This document shows, piece by piece, positions 33,858-47,318 of a stretch of DNA of 64,000 nt. Source of the DNA: Macrostomum lignano (Eukaryota); assembly GCA_002269645.1 (NCBI GenBank), contig NIVC01002959.1, positions 62,001 to 126,000 on the forward strand. The letters are read 5' to 3'. The notes under the pieces were generated by a model that was not told the origin of the DNA, searched no databases, and worked only from the letters and a program-made list of their open reading frames with translations. Position numbers and translations under genes: made by a program. Position 1 is the first letter of the stretch. The number at the start of each line of letters is the position of its first letter.

Positions 33858-36800
33858 CATCGGAGAATCGCCCCTCTAAGAATCGCCCCTCTAAGAATCG
33901 CCCCTCTAAGAATCGCCCCTTTAAGAATTGCCCCTCTAAAAATCGCCCCTCTGAGAATCGCCCTCTAAGAATCGCCCCTCTAAGTATCGCCCCTTTAAAT
34001 ATCGCCCGACTAAGAATCACCCCTCTAAGAATCGCCCCTCTAAGAATCACCCTCTAAGAATCGCCCCTCTAAGAATCTCTCTTCAACGAAACACCACTCT
34101 AGGAATCGCCCCTCTGAGAATCGCCTCTTTAAATATCGCCCTCTAAGAATCACCCTCTAAGAATCGCCCCTCTAAGAATCACCCCTCTAAGAATCGCCCC
34201 TCTAAGGCCATTAAATATCGCCCTCTAAGAATCGCCCCTCTGAGAGTCGCTCCTCTAAGAATCGCCCCTTTAAATATTGCCCTTTAAGAATCTCCCCTCT
34301 AAGAATCGCCCCCTAAGAATCACCCTCTAAGAATCGCCCCTCTAAGAATCTCTCTTCAACGAAACACCACTCTAGGAATCGCCCCTCTGAGAATCGCCTC
34401 TTTAAATATCGCCCTCTAAGAATCACCCTCTAAGAATCGCCCCTCTAAGAATCACCCCTCTAAGAATCGCCCCTCTAAGGCCATTAAATATCGCCCTCTA
34501 AGAATCGCCCCTTTAAATATTGCCCTTTAAGAATCTCCCCTCTAAGAATCGCCCCCTAAGAATCACCCCTCTAAGAATCGCCCCCTAAGAATCACCCCTC
34601 TAAGAATCGCACCCCTAAGAATCGCCCCTCTAAGAATCGCACCCCTAAGAATCGCCGTCTAAGAATCGCCCCTCTGAGAATGGCCCTCTAAGAATCGCCT
34701 CTAAGAATCTCCCTTCAACGAAACACCTCTAAGAATCGCCCGTCTTACTTTGACTCTACATCAAAATCATGTTTCAACATTGAAATTGAACTATTTCTTC
34801 ACAAGACTTGTAAGCATAATCTAAACAAGATTTAAAAGTACATTTGCTACAGCCACTTGCTCAGTATGTAATTGCTAATCTCCAATTTTGTACTACACTG
34901 CATTTCTCTGCAACCTTCGCTAAGCACAAAAGCGTGGGAACTGCTGTATGGAAATGCCTGCACTGACTTGTGGAAATGGCTGACAACTGGGTCTCTGTGT
35001 GCTGCAGATTCTGTGCAGCTGTTTGCAAATCAGTTGCGATCTGCTTTTAGGAAATGCAGGCCAACTCTGCAGGGTGCCAGTTTCGAGTTGCCTCGTGTTC
35101 GCATCTATGAACTTTTGTGTTCGGACTGGCTTCCATTCAGGTTGCGCTTTCGTCAGGGAGAATCTTAGAGGGGCGATTTTTAGAGGGTGATTCTTAGAGG
35201 GTGTTTCTTAGAGGGGTGATTCTTAGAGAGGTGATTCTTAGGGGGGCGATTCTTAGAGGGCGATTCTTAGGGGGCGATTCTTAGAGGGGCGATTCTTAGA
35301 GGGGCGATTCTTAGACGGCGATTCTTAGGGGTGCGATTCTTAGAGGGCGATTCTAAGGGGGCGATTCTTAGAGGGGCGATTCTTAAAGGGCGATTCTTAG
35401 AGGGGCGATTCTTAGACGGCGATTCTTAGGGGTGCGATTTTTAGAGGGCGATTCTTAGGGGGCGATTCTTAGAGGGGCGATTCTTAAAGGACGATTCTTA
35501 GAGGGGCGATTCTCAGAGGGGCGATTCTTAGACGGCGATTCTTAGGGGGCGATTCTTAGAGGGGCGATTCTTAGAGGGCGATTCTTAGAGGGCGATTCTT
35601 AGAGGGCGATTCTTAGGGGGCGATTCTTAGAGGGGCGATTCTTAGAGGGCGATTCTTAGGGGGCGATTCTTAGAGGGCGATTCTTAGAGGGCGATTCTTA
35701 GAGGGCGATTCTTAGAGGGGCGATTCTTGGAAGGGCGATTCTTAGACGGCGATTCTTAAAGGTGCGATTCTCAGAGGGGCGATTATTGGGAGGGACAATT
35801 CTTAGAGGGGCGATTCTTAGAGGGGAGAATCTTAGAGGAGAGATTCTTAGAGGGGAGATTCTTAGAGGGGAGATTCTTAAAGGGGAGATTCTTAGAGGAG
35901 CGATTCTGAGAGGGGCGATTCTGAGAGGGGCGATTCTTACAAAGGCGATTCTTAGAGAGTCAATTCTTAGAAAAATGATTCTTAGAGGGGCGATTCTCAG
36001 TTAGAAAACTGTAATTTTAAAGGAATGCTGCATCAGAATTAATGCAGTATCGCAAATTTTTCGCTTCTCCAGTCTTGCAAAAAACTTGTTTAGCTTATCA
36101 CAGGAAGTAAAATGATGAAGTGCAAGCCCCCTAATCACCCAAACAGAGACACATTTATCCAAGAGCTGTTGTTGCCATTTCAGATGAAAATATTTACAAC
36201 CTGTGTTTCCCATATGGGAAATCAACTGCAATCAAAACAGCTATAATGAGGCCAGGGAGTGCTATGGATGGCTGGATTGGGGCCATTGAAATTTTCACCA
36301 CTGAAAAGTTTTGAAGCTTAAACCCCTCTGAGAATCGCCCTATTGTTAATCGCCTTTCTAAGGAACGTCCTCTTTCTAAGAATCGCCCTCTAAGAATCGC
36401 CCCTCTAAGAATCGCCCCTCTCAGAATCGCCCCTCTAAGAATCGCCCCTCCAAGAATCGTCCCTCTCAGAACCGCCCCTCTAAGAATCGCCCTCTAAGAA
36501 TCGCCCCTCCAAGAATCGCCCCTCTAAGAATCTCCCCTCTAAGAATCTCCCTTCTAAGAATCTCCCCTCTAAGAATCGCCCTCTCAGAACTGCCCCTCTA
36601 AGAATCTCCCCTCTAAGAATCTCCCCTCTAAGAATCTCCCCTCTAAGAATCTCCCCTCTAAGAATCTCCCTTCTAAGAATCTCCCCTCTAAGAATCGCCC
36701 TCTAAGAATCGCCCCTCCAAGAATCGCCCCTCTAAGAATCTCCCCTCTAAGAATCTCCCTTCTAAGAATCTCCCCTCTAAGAATCGCCCTCTCAGAACCG

Positions 36801-37166
36801 CCCCTCTAAGAATCTCCCCTCTAAGAATCTCCCTTCTAAGAATCTCCCCTCTAAGAATCGCCCTCTAAGAATTGCCCCCTAAGAATCGCCCCTCTAAGAA
36901 TCTCCCCTCTAAGAATCTTCCCTCCAAGAATCGCCCCTCTAAGAATCTCCCTCTGAGAATCGCCCTCTAAGAATCTCCCCACTAAGAATCGCCCCTCTAA
37001 GAATCGCCCCTCTGAGAATTACCTTTCTAAGAATCGCCCTCTCAGAATCGCTCCTTTAATAATCACCCCTTTGAGAATCGTCCCTCTAAGAATCGTATTT
37101 CTAAGAATCGTCCCTCTAAGAATTATATTTCTAAGAATCGCCCCTCTAAGAATCACCCCCTCTCAG
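33858..37166. repeat. Three arrays of a 14/15-bp unit (CTAAGAATCGCCCCT)n in forward / reverse / forward orientation
   Basis: Blocks at about 33858-34741 (forward), 35160-36000 (TCTTAGAGGGGCGAT, reverse) and 36323-37166 (forward), separated by unique spacers. Confidence 0.9.
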
Positions 37167-37615
37167 AGTGAGTACAGCTATGGAGAATCAGTGTTTGGGC
37201 CAGAGCTGGATCAAGTCCAGATCCTTATCTAATCGGTCTCCTTGGCTCAGTACGGACGCCTTCATCCGGGTCAGGAAGCGCGGGGCTGTGAGTGGGCGGG
37301 AGTGCTTGGGATGTAAATACAGACTCACAGGAGGAGGAATAACCCAGCTGCTGAAAGGATGCCAGCAGAGGGAGTTTTTTGCTGCAGATAACAAATGAAG
37401 AGTTCCGTTAGAAACGCGTGGGCTGGAGTACGGGGGCACTTGAGATATTTTTAGCATCAGATGATGCTGAGAAAGTCAAAAAGATGGGAGACTTCCTGGA
37501 AATTTGCCAGTTGGATAGAAGTGCCTGGTTTTTTAGCTCGTAGTTGCTTTGAAGGTCTGAACTCTTAGTAGTTGAGCAGTAATAACTGATAAGGGGCTGC
37601 CAGATAGATAGTCAC

Positions 37616-38665
37616 TTTTATAGTGACTTTCACACTTACAGAGTGGCCTTCACACTATAGACTGACCTTCACACTATAGACTGACCTTCACACTATAGAC
37701 TGACCTTCACACTATAGACTGACTTTCACACTATAGACTGACCTTCACGCTATAGACTGACCTTCACACTATAGACTGACCTTCACACTATAGACTGACC
37801 TTCACACTATAGACTGACCTTCACACTATAGACTGACCTTCACACTATAGACTGACCTTCACACTATAGACTGACCTTCACACTATAGACTGACCTTCAC
37901 ACTATAGACTGACCTTCACACTATAGACTGACCTTCACACTATAGACTGACCTTCACACTATAGACTGACCTTCACACTATAGACTGACCTTCACGCTAT
38001 AGACTGACCTTCACACTATAGACTGACCTTCACACTATAGACTGACCTTCACACTATAGACTGACCTTCACACTATAGACTGACCTTCACACTATAGACT
38101 GACCTTCACACTATAGACTGACCTTCACACTATAGACTGACCTTCACACTATAGACTGACCTTCACACTATAGACTGACCTTCACACTATAGACTGACCT
38201 TCACACTATAGACTGACCTTCACACTATAGACTGACCTTCACACTATAGACTGACCTTCACACTATAGACTGACCTTCACACTATAGACTGACCTTCACA
38301 CTATAGACTGACCTTCACACTATAGACTGACCTTCACACTATAGACTGACCTTCACACTATAGACTGACCTTCACACTATAGACTGACTTTCACATTTCT
38401 ATAGTGACTTTCACACTTACAGAGTGGCCTTCACATTTCTATAGTGACTTTCACACTTACAGATTGGCCTTCACATTTCTATAGTGACTTTCACACTTAC
38501 AGATTGGCCTTCACATTTCTATAGTGACTTTCACACTTACAGATTGGCCTTCACATTTCTATAGTGACTTTCACACTTACAGATTGGCCTTCACATTTCT
38601 ATAGTGACTTTCACACTTACAGATTGGCCTTCACATTTCTATAGTGACCTTCACACTTCGATAGT
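37616..38665. repeat. 19-bp array (GACTGACCTTCACACTATA)n nested in a 40-bp array
   Basis: 19-mer at about 37655-38390. The 40-mer TTTCACACTTACAGATTGGCCTTCACATTTCTATAGTGAC occurs once before it and about six times after it. Confidence 0.92.
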
Positions 38666-39524
38666 GACCTTCAAACCAAGAAAGTAACGTGAAACAGGGA
38701 GTGAGCATTCACAAATCTAAAGAGTGACCTGTTTAACAAGATAGTGATCTTCATTTTAACAGGTTCCATTTCACATTAAACAGGGAATTACCCCCAACAA
38801 ACAGCTTTGCACAGTGTGAAGAAATGACCTGCAATATTTAACTAATTACATTCCCTTTGCCTGTGAGCTATTATACCCATTGAATTGGCAATTCTCCAAG
38901 CAAAAGCCAGCCATAAAAGTGTCTCTGCAGCCCTTGTGCTCACTGCAGTGGCCCCACGTACTCGTTTACTGGTAAACCCGCCAACCCGATCTCTCACTCC
39001 AGCTGTTCATCTCAAATTTACAGCTCAAGGTTCGTGACAAAATCTACTCTGAGACTAGAGCAGAGCAGAGTAGCGCAGAGCAGCAACTCGCATGGCCACT
39101 TTTTTTGCCCAGCCGAAAATTCAATTTTCTTTCTTGCTTAATTATGCACACGGCACAGGGGGCGCGAGAGAGATAAAGACAGATAACTAGTCGAGCTTGC
39201 AGAGCTGATTGCAAGGCAAAGGAGCTGCTGCTGCCCCGCTGAGCAGGAAATTTGAGCAGAGAACAAAAAGCAGAAGATAGGAGAAGGGCAATAATACAGG
39301 GTTCGGACTGAGTGCGTTGGCATTGGAGTTTTGAATGTTTGAATTCAAGCAAAACAACATGCTTGCAAAGTGAAAGGCGGGTAAACTCATGATGCAGTGG
39401 GTGGGCTAGAGCGCCCATTAGAGACCAGGGTGATGAAAGTGAGTCTGGGAGAGAAGTGATGGCGAGAGACTGGGCATCTGCACTGCAGTTCTGTCTGCTC
39501 AAGTTCTCAAAATTAGTAAGACTA

Positions 39525-42298
39525 CACTAGAATGAGTAGAGAATACATCAGACAACTAGAATGAGTAGAGATGAGATCAGTCACTAGAATGAGTAGAGAT
39601 GAGATCAGACAGTCACTAGAATGAGTAGAGATGAGATTAGACAGTCACTAGAATGAGTAGAGATGAGATCAGACAGTCACTAGAATGAGTAGAGATGAGA
39701 TCAGATCAGTCACTAGAATGAGTAGAGATGAGATCAGACAGTGACTAGAATGAGTAGAGATGAGATCAGACAGTCACTAGAATGAGTAGAAATGAGATCA
39801 GACAGTCACTAGAATGAGTAGAGATCAGATCAGACAGTCACTAGAATGAGTAGAGATCAGATCAGACAGTCACTAGAATGAGTAGAGATCAGATCAGACA
39901 GTCACTAGAATGGGTAGAGATGAGATCAGACAGTCACTAGAATGAGTAGAGATGAGATTAGACAGTCACTAGAATGAGTAGAGATCAGATCAGACAGTCA
40001 CTAGAATGAGTAGAGATCAGATCAGACAGTCACTAGAATGAGTAGAGATCAGATCAGACAGTCACTAGAATGGGTAGAGATGAGATCAGACAGTCACTAG
40101 AATGAGTAGAGATGAGATCAGACAGTCACTAGAATGAGTAGAGATGAGATCAGACAGTCACTAGAATGAGTAGAGATGAGATCAGACAGTCACTAGAATG
40201 AGTAGAGATCAGATCAGACACTAGAATGAGTAGAGATGAGATCAGACAGTCACTAGAATGGGTAGAGATGAGATCAGACAGTCACTAGAATGAGTAGAGA
40301 TGAGATCAGACAGTCACTAGAATGAGTAGAGATGAGATCAGACAGTCACTAGAATGAGTAGAGATGAGATCAGACAGTCACTAGAATGAGTAGAGATCAG
40401 ATCAGACACTAGAATGAGTAGAGATGAGATCAGACACTAGAATGAGTAGAGATCAGATCAGACACTAGAATGAGTAGAGATCAGACAGTCACTAGAATGA
40501 GTAGAGATCAGATCAGACACTAGAATGAGTAGAGATCAGATCAGACACTAGAATGAGTAGAGATCAGATCAGACACTAGAATGAGTAGAGATGAGATCAG
40601 ACACTAGAATGAGTAGAGATGAGATCAGACAGTCACTAGAATGAGTAGAGATCAGATCAGACAGTCACTAGAATGAGTAGAGATCAGATCAGACAGTCAC
40701 TAGAATGAGTAGAGATCAGATCAGACAGTCACTAGAATGGGTAGAGATGAGATCAGACAGTCACTAGAATGAGTAGAGATCAGATCAGACAGTCACTAGA
40801 ATGAGTAGAGATGAGATCAGACAGTCACTAGAATGGGTAGAGATCAGATCAGACAGTCACTAGAATGAGTAGAGATGAGATCAGATCAGACACTAGAATG
40901 AGTAGAGATCAGATCAGACAGTCACTAGAATGAGTAGAGATGAGATCAGACAGTCACTAGAATGGGTAGAGATCAGATCAGACAGTCACTAGAATGAGTA
41001 GAGATGAGATCAGATCAGACACTAGAATGAGTAGAGATCAGATCAGACACTAGAATGAGTAGAGATCAGATCAGACACTAGAATGAGTAGAGATCAGATC
41101 AGACACTAGAATGAGTAGAGATCAGATCAGACACTAGAATGAGTAGAGATCAGATCAGACACTAGAATGAGTAGAGATGAGATCAGACAGTCACTAGAAT
41201 GAGTAGAGATCAGATCAGACAGTCACTAGAATGGGTAGAGATGAGATCAGACAGTCACTAGAATGAGTAGAGATGAGATCAGACAGTCACTAGAATGGGT
41301 AGAGATCAGATCAGACAGTCACTAGAATGGGTAGAGATCAGATCAGACAGTCACTAGAATGAGTAGAGATGAGATCAGACAGTCACTAGAATGGGTAGAG
41401 ATGAGATCAGACAGTCACTAGAATGAGTAGAGATCAGATCAGACAGTCACTAGAATGAGTAGAGATGAGATCAGACAGTCACTAGAATGAGTAGAGATCA
41501 GATCAGACAGTCACTAGAATGAGTAGAGATGAGATCAGACAGTCACTAGAATGGGTAGAGATGAGATCAGACAGTCACTAGAATGGGTAGAGATGAGATC
41601 AGACAGTCACTAGAATGGGTAGAGATGAGATCAGACAGTCACTAGAATGGGTAGAGATGAGATCAGACAGTCACTAGAATGAGTAGAGATGAGATCAGAC
41701 AGTCACTAGAATGAGTAGAGATGAGATCAGACAGTCACTAGAATGAGTAGAGATGAGATCAGACAGTCACTAGAATGAGTAGAGATGAGATCAGACAGTC
41801 ACTAGAATGAGTAGAGATGAGATCAGACAGTCACTAGAATGAGTAGAGATGAGATCAGACAGTCACTAGAATGAGTAGAGATCAGATCAGACAGTCACTA
41901 GAATGAGTAGAGATGAGATCAGACAGTCACTAGAATGGGTAGAGATCAGATCAGACAGTCACTAGAATGAGTAGAGATCAGATCAGACACTAGAATGAGT
42001 AGAGATCAGATCAGACAGTCACTAGAATGAGTAGAGATGAGATCAGACAGTCACTAGAATGGGTAGAGATCAGATCAGACAGTCACTAGAATGAGTAGAG
42101 ATGAGATCAGACAGTCACTAGAATGAGTAGAGATGAGATCAGTCACTAGAATGAGTAGAGATGAGATCAGACAGTCACTAGAATGAGTAGAGATGAGATC
42201 AGACAGTCACTAGAATGGGTAGAGATCAGATCAGACAGTCACTAGAATGAGTAGAGATCAGATCAGACACTAGAATGAGTAGATATGGGATCAGACAG
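39525..42298. repeat. 32-bp minisatellite (CACTAGAATGAGTAGAGATGAGATCAGACAGT)n with 28-bp variants
   Basis: About 2.8 kb, the longest array in the window. Confidence 0.95.
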
Positions 42299-43376
42299 TT
42301 ATTATAATAAGTAGTGAATGCAATCAAGAGAATGATAATCATGCTCAGCTTCTTACTGAGTTGAGATCACGCGACTTGAGCACTGAACCAGTTCGGTAAC
42401 AATGGAGTCTCTTACACCTAGCATAGAAAGAAAGGCTGAATGAGACACACAGGAACAGGAAAGCAATGAAGACGTGGAGAGAAGCAAGAAAATGACAAGA
42501 AAAACGCACACACACTCGCCAAGAGTGGAGTCGCGCACAATTGGTCCTTCTACTTGCTGCCTTTGGTAATTCGAATTCAAGCCTTACTGGCAGTCTGTCG
42601 TTTATCTTTTGCGCTCGGCTTGCCCTTCTTTTCGCCCGAACTGGAAGCCCCGAGCCCCGTGAGCAGCAACCAACCCCAAGGTGGAGTAGCGCCCGCATTG
42701 GCCCAGACTCTCTCCTTCTAGCGATATTGTCAAGCCATGCTTTCCACTGCCTCCCATATAAAGCCAATGAATGGCGCATTGGGTGATAGGGCAAGCATAG
42801 CAATAGTGCATAGGCAGGCCTCACAATAGGTCAATAATAACACTCATTTCGAGCCAGATTCGCCTAGAGAGTAGAAAAACAGTTCTGTTGAATAGAACTA
42901 GACAGAGCTCAACTCAACATTTGCGCCATTTTCTGTGCGTCTTCAAATCCGGTGAGTGCTCGGCCATATTTGACAACAGGCTAATAAAGTTGTTTATTGC
43001 CTAATTAGAATTTATTTGTCAATAAGGCCGCCCGAATGAAGTGAGCAACTGCTCATGATTGTAAAACTGTAATCTTACTGTAAAACTGACCTCTATGGCC
43101 AAAGTGAACTCATTGTAAAAAAACAGAACGAAAATCTCCAACTCCAACTCCAACTAGAAACGTGAGCAGTTTTTATTCAAGATTTGGACCAGATTCTCAC
43201 GTGCAAGCTGAAGTTCTTAGGTATGAGACCTTCTCACTGCTCAAAGGCGGCCTTATCTTGATTCAGAGACAGTGTTTCCGCAGATAGCAGCTCGTTCTCT
43301 CCGATATAGGTTACACGCACACACAGAGATCTAAGTGCTCAGCAATAACATTTCGACTCAAAATTTCAACTCGCAG

Positions 43377-44288
43377 GACGAAGACTCGGTCATGGGCAAC
43401 AGAGAGTCTTCGTCTCAGATGTCCTGCGGCTCGGCCAGTGACGCGGACTTTCTGGACTCTTCAACCGACAGCAGCTACGTGAGCTACGAGGCGCTGCACC
43501 GAAAGCAGCAGCTGCAGAGACACCAGAAGAAGCCGTCGTCAGCATCGACGGCCAGCAACTCGTCCAGGCCGACAACCCCGGTGCCGCTGCCGCCCAGGCT
43601 GCCACTGTCGCTCGTCGGTGGAGGCAGCAGAGCCGGCGGCGGCGACTCAGTCGACCTGACGCCGAGGACGTCTCTGCAGCTGCCCGACTCGCCAGCCAGC
43701 AGCGACCTCTGCTCCATCCTCAACCATCACCACGACGAGTCGAACGATTTTCAGCGAGCGCCGACCTCCGCTATGGCGAGATGCGCCTGCCGGAGGTCGC
43801 TGTCCACCGGCACCGGAGACCAGCAGCAGCAGCAGCAGCAGTCCTCGCTGATCTCAACGCAGCGCCCTCGAATTCTCCCAATCGTTCGCAACGGGCGCCA
43901 GCTGTCAGAGGACATCTACTGGGTTCTGCCGCCGCGCCGGAAACATCAGCAGCTGGACGAGCAGCGGCTGTCGTCGTCCAGCGCGTTGGATCATTCCTGC
44001 TGCGAGCCGATGTCATTCTGCGGTCCGGGGTGCACCCCGCTCGAGCTGGTGCACCGGGTGACCGCCGAGGTGTTCGGCGTCACGGACGAGGAGAGCTACC
44101 TGGCGCTCAGCCTGCACCACTGGGACACGGAGCGCGCGGCCAGGTACCTCAAAGTTGAGCAGCTCTTCAGATGGGGCGTCTGTGACAGGCAGCGATGCAG
44201 CCGGCTGCTGGAGATGCACAACTGGAAGCTGGACTCGGTGGTGCAGCAGCTCAGCAGGCAGCGACTCTGCCGCTCCGAGAGCCACTGA
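43377..44288 (+). CDS. Ack: Ack/TNK2-like C-terminal region (low-complexity region plus tandem UBA-like domains); terminal exon or kinase-less protein
   Basis: [36 protein letters not shown]...[13 protein letters not shown] matches the ACK1 C-terminus as I recall it ([36 protein letters not shown]...CHKVLEMFDWNLE). Phase-0 acceptor TTTCAACTCGCAG ends at 43376. In-frame ATG at 43392. Confidence 0.78.
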   Translation, partial: [303 protein letters not shown]

Positions 44289-44297
44289 CCGATCATG

Positions 44298-44922
44298 TCT
44301 GACAGATTCATCTTCTGACAGAACTGTCTGACAGATTCGTCTCCTGACAGAACTGTCTGACAGATTCATCTCCTGACAGAACTGTCTGACAGATTCATCT
44401 TCTGACAGAACTGTCTGACAGATTCGTCTCCTGACAGAACTGTCTGACAGATTCGTCTCCTGACAGAACTGTCTGACAGATTCATCTCCTGACAGAACTG
44501 TCTGACAGATTCATCTTCTGACAGAACTGTCTGACAGATTCATCTCCTGACAGAACTGTCTGACAGATTCATCTCCTGACAGAACTGTCTGACAGATTCG
44601 TCTCCTGACAGAACTGTCTGACAGATTCATCTCCTGACAGAACTGTCTGACAGATTCGTCTCCTGACAGAACTGTCTGACAGATTCATCTTCTGACAGAA
44701 CTGTCTGACAGATTCGTCTCCTGACAGAACTGTCTGACAGATTCATCTTCTGACAGAACTGCCTGACAGATTCGTCTCCTGACAGAACTGTCTGACAGAT
44801 TCATCTTCTGACAGAACTGCCTGACAGATTCGTCTCCTGACAGAACTGTCTGACAGATTCATCTTCTGACAGAACTGCCTGACAGATTCGTCTCCTGACA
44901 GAACTGCCTGACAGATTCATCA
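44298..44922. repeat. 29-bp minisatellite (CTGACAGATTCGTCTCCTGACAGAACTGT)n
   Basis: Starts about 10 nt after the Ack-like stop codon. The unit is a diverged dimer of CTGACAGA-led subunits. Confidence 0.94.
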
Positions 44923-45949
44923 GACACTCTGACAGTGGTCTATTAATGCGGATCCTAGAGGTTATAAGAGCATAAAAATATTTTAATTCTTCATCCAAAT
45001 CATTTAGCACATTATTTTTGACCAATTTACTTGATAGAGGCCTGACTAGCGAGTCCACTAACTCAGCTTGATAAGACGAACCGATAACTACTCGCGTATT
45101 TATGATTATTCGGCTATAAATCTCGCGAATGCAAACGCCCACTCGCCACTTTCTGTCAAATCAGCACTTGTCAATCAAACACTATGTAGCTGTCAAACAA
45201 AGTCATAACTTTTTAAAGAGTTCAGCGAGTTTTTTAAGAGTTCTCCACGAGTTTCTGCACTGGTTATCCGACTGTTCCAAACCAACTGGAGCGAAGTTTT
45301 CACTCTTGTTTGGAACTACAATATTGTCTAATTATTTATCGATATATTTATTTTTATGACTCCCGTCTGTTAAAGTCTGTACAAAGTTCCTGCACCTTCT
45401 TCTTGTACCTCAGCGCACTACCCCCCCCCAATGGTGTATGGCATTGCTAAAAATGCTTAAACCACTGATTACCTCGACAAGAATATGCTTAACTTTTTGT
45501 GCTTGTCCTCAACGTAAAACCAGTGACTTCTAAATGTTCTTTCTGTAAATTTGCGCTATCGCAACAGGTGTGTTGCTTTTCGTTGTTTAACCCTTGGGCT
45601 TGTACAGTTGTGCTCTGACTGACCGCTTTCGCTGAGCAATGCAATCGAGTTCGGAATTGATCTTTATCCTTTTGCAAAGGAGCAATCTTCAAACAAGCAA
45701 GAAACATTGGAACAATAAACCCATGCTTATAAACAACATATTTTCCAGCCAAGTCTCAATGATACTATTGTTTAAGGAACTACGAGTATGTTCTTTAAAA
45801 ATAAAAAATCATTTACTTTCTGCACTACTTATATGAGTAGGCAAAAAGGAAATTAAAAAAATGCGTTTTTAAAGCTGCATAGATTAATGGATAGAGGATA
45901 ATGAGGATAGATGGATAGAATCAAATGTATATGGATAGAGAAAATAGAT

Positions 45950-47318
45950 AGATAAAGATAAGGATAGACAGAGATACGGATGGATAGAGATAAGGATGGA
46001 TAGAGATAAGGATGGATAGAGATAAGGATGGATAGAGATAAGGATGGATAGAGATAAGGATGGATAGAGATAAGGATGGATAGAGATAAGGATGGATAGA
46101 GATAAGGATGGATAGAGATAAGGATGGATAGAGATAAGGAAAGACAGAGATAAGGATGGATAGAAATAAGGATGAATAGAGATAAGGATGGATAGAGATA
46201 AGGATGGATAGAGATAAGGATAGACAGAGATACGGATGGATAGAAATAAGGATGAATAGAGATAAGGATGGATAGAGATAAGGATGGATAGAGATAAGAA
46301 TGGATAGAGATAAGGATGAATAGAGATAAGGATGGATAGAGATAAGAATGGATAGAGATAAGAATGGATAGAGATAAGGATGAATAGAGATAAGGATGGA
46401 TAGAGATAAGGATGGATAGAGATAAGGATGGATAGAGATAAGAATGGATAGAGATAAGGATGAATAGAGATAAGGATGGATAGAGATAAGGATGGATAGA
46501 GATAAGGATGGATAGAGATAAGGATGGATAGAGATAAGGATGGATAGAGATAAGGATGGATAGAGATAAGAATGGATAGAGATAAGGATGGATTAGAGAT
46601 AAGAATGGATAGAGATAAGGATGGATAGAGATAAGGATGAATAGAGATAAGGATGGATAGAGATAAGGATGAATAGAGATAAGGATGGATAGAGATAAGG
46701 ATGAATAGAGATAAGGATGGATAGAGATAAGGATGGATTAGAGATAAGAATGGATAGAGATAAGGTTGGATAGAGATAAGGATGAATAGAGATAAGGATG
46801 GATAGAGATAAGGATGAATAGAGATAAGGATGGATAGAGATAAGGATGAATAGAGATAAGGATGGATAGAGATAAGGATGGATTAGAGATAAGAATGGAT
46901 AGAGATAAGGATGGATAGAGATAAGGATGAATAGAGATAAGGATGGATAGAGATAAGGATGAATAGAGATAAGGATGGATAGAGATAAGGATGAATAGAG
47001 ATAAGGATGGATAGAGATAATAATGACTAGAGATAAGGATGGATAGAGATAAGGATGAATAGAGATAAGGATGGATAGAGATAAGGATGGATAGAGATAA
47101 GGATGGATAGAGATAAGGATGAATAGAGATAAGGATGGATAGAGATAAGGATGAATAGAGATAAGGATGGATAGAGATAATAATGACTAGAGATAAGGAT
47201 GGATAGAGATAAGGATGAATAGAGATAAGGATGGATAGAGATAAGGATGGATAGAGATAAGGATGGATAGAGATAAGGATGGATAGAGATAATGATGGAT
47301 TAGAGATAAGAATGGATA
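45950..47318. repeat. 16-bp minisatellite (GATAAGGATGGATAGA)n
   Basis: Read directly. Confidence 0.95.
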
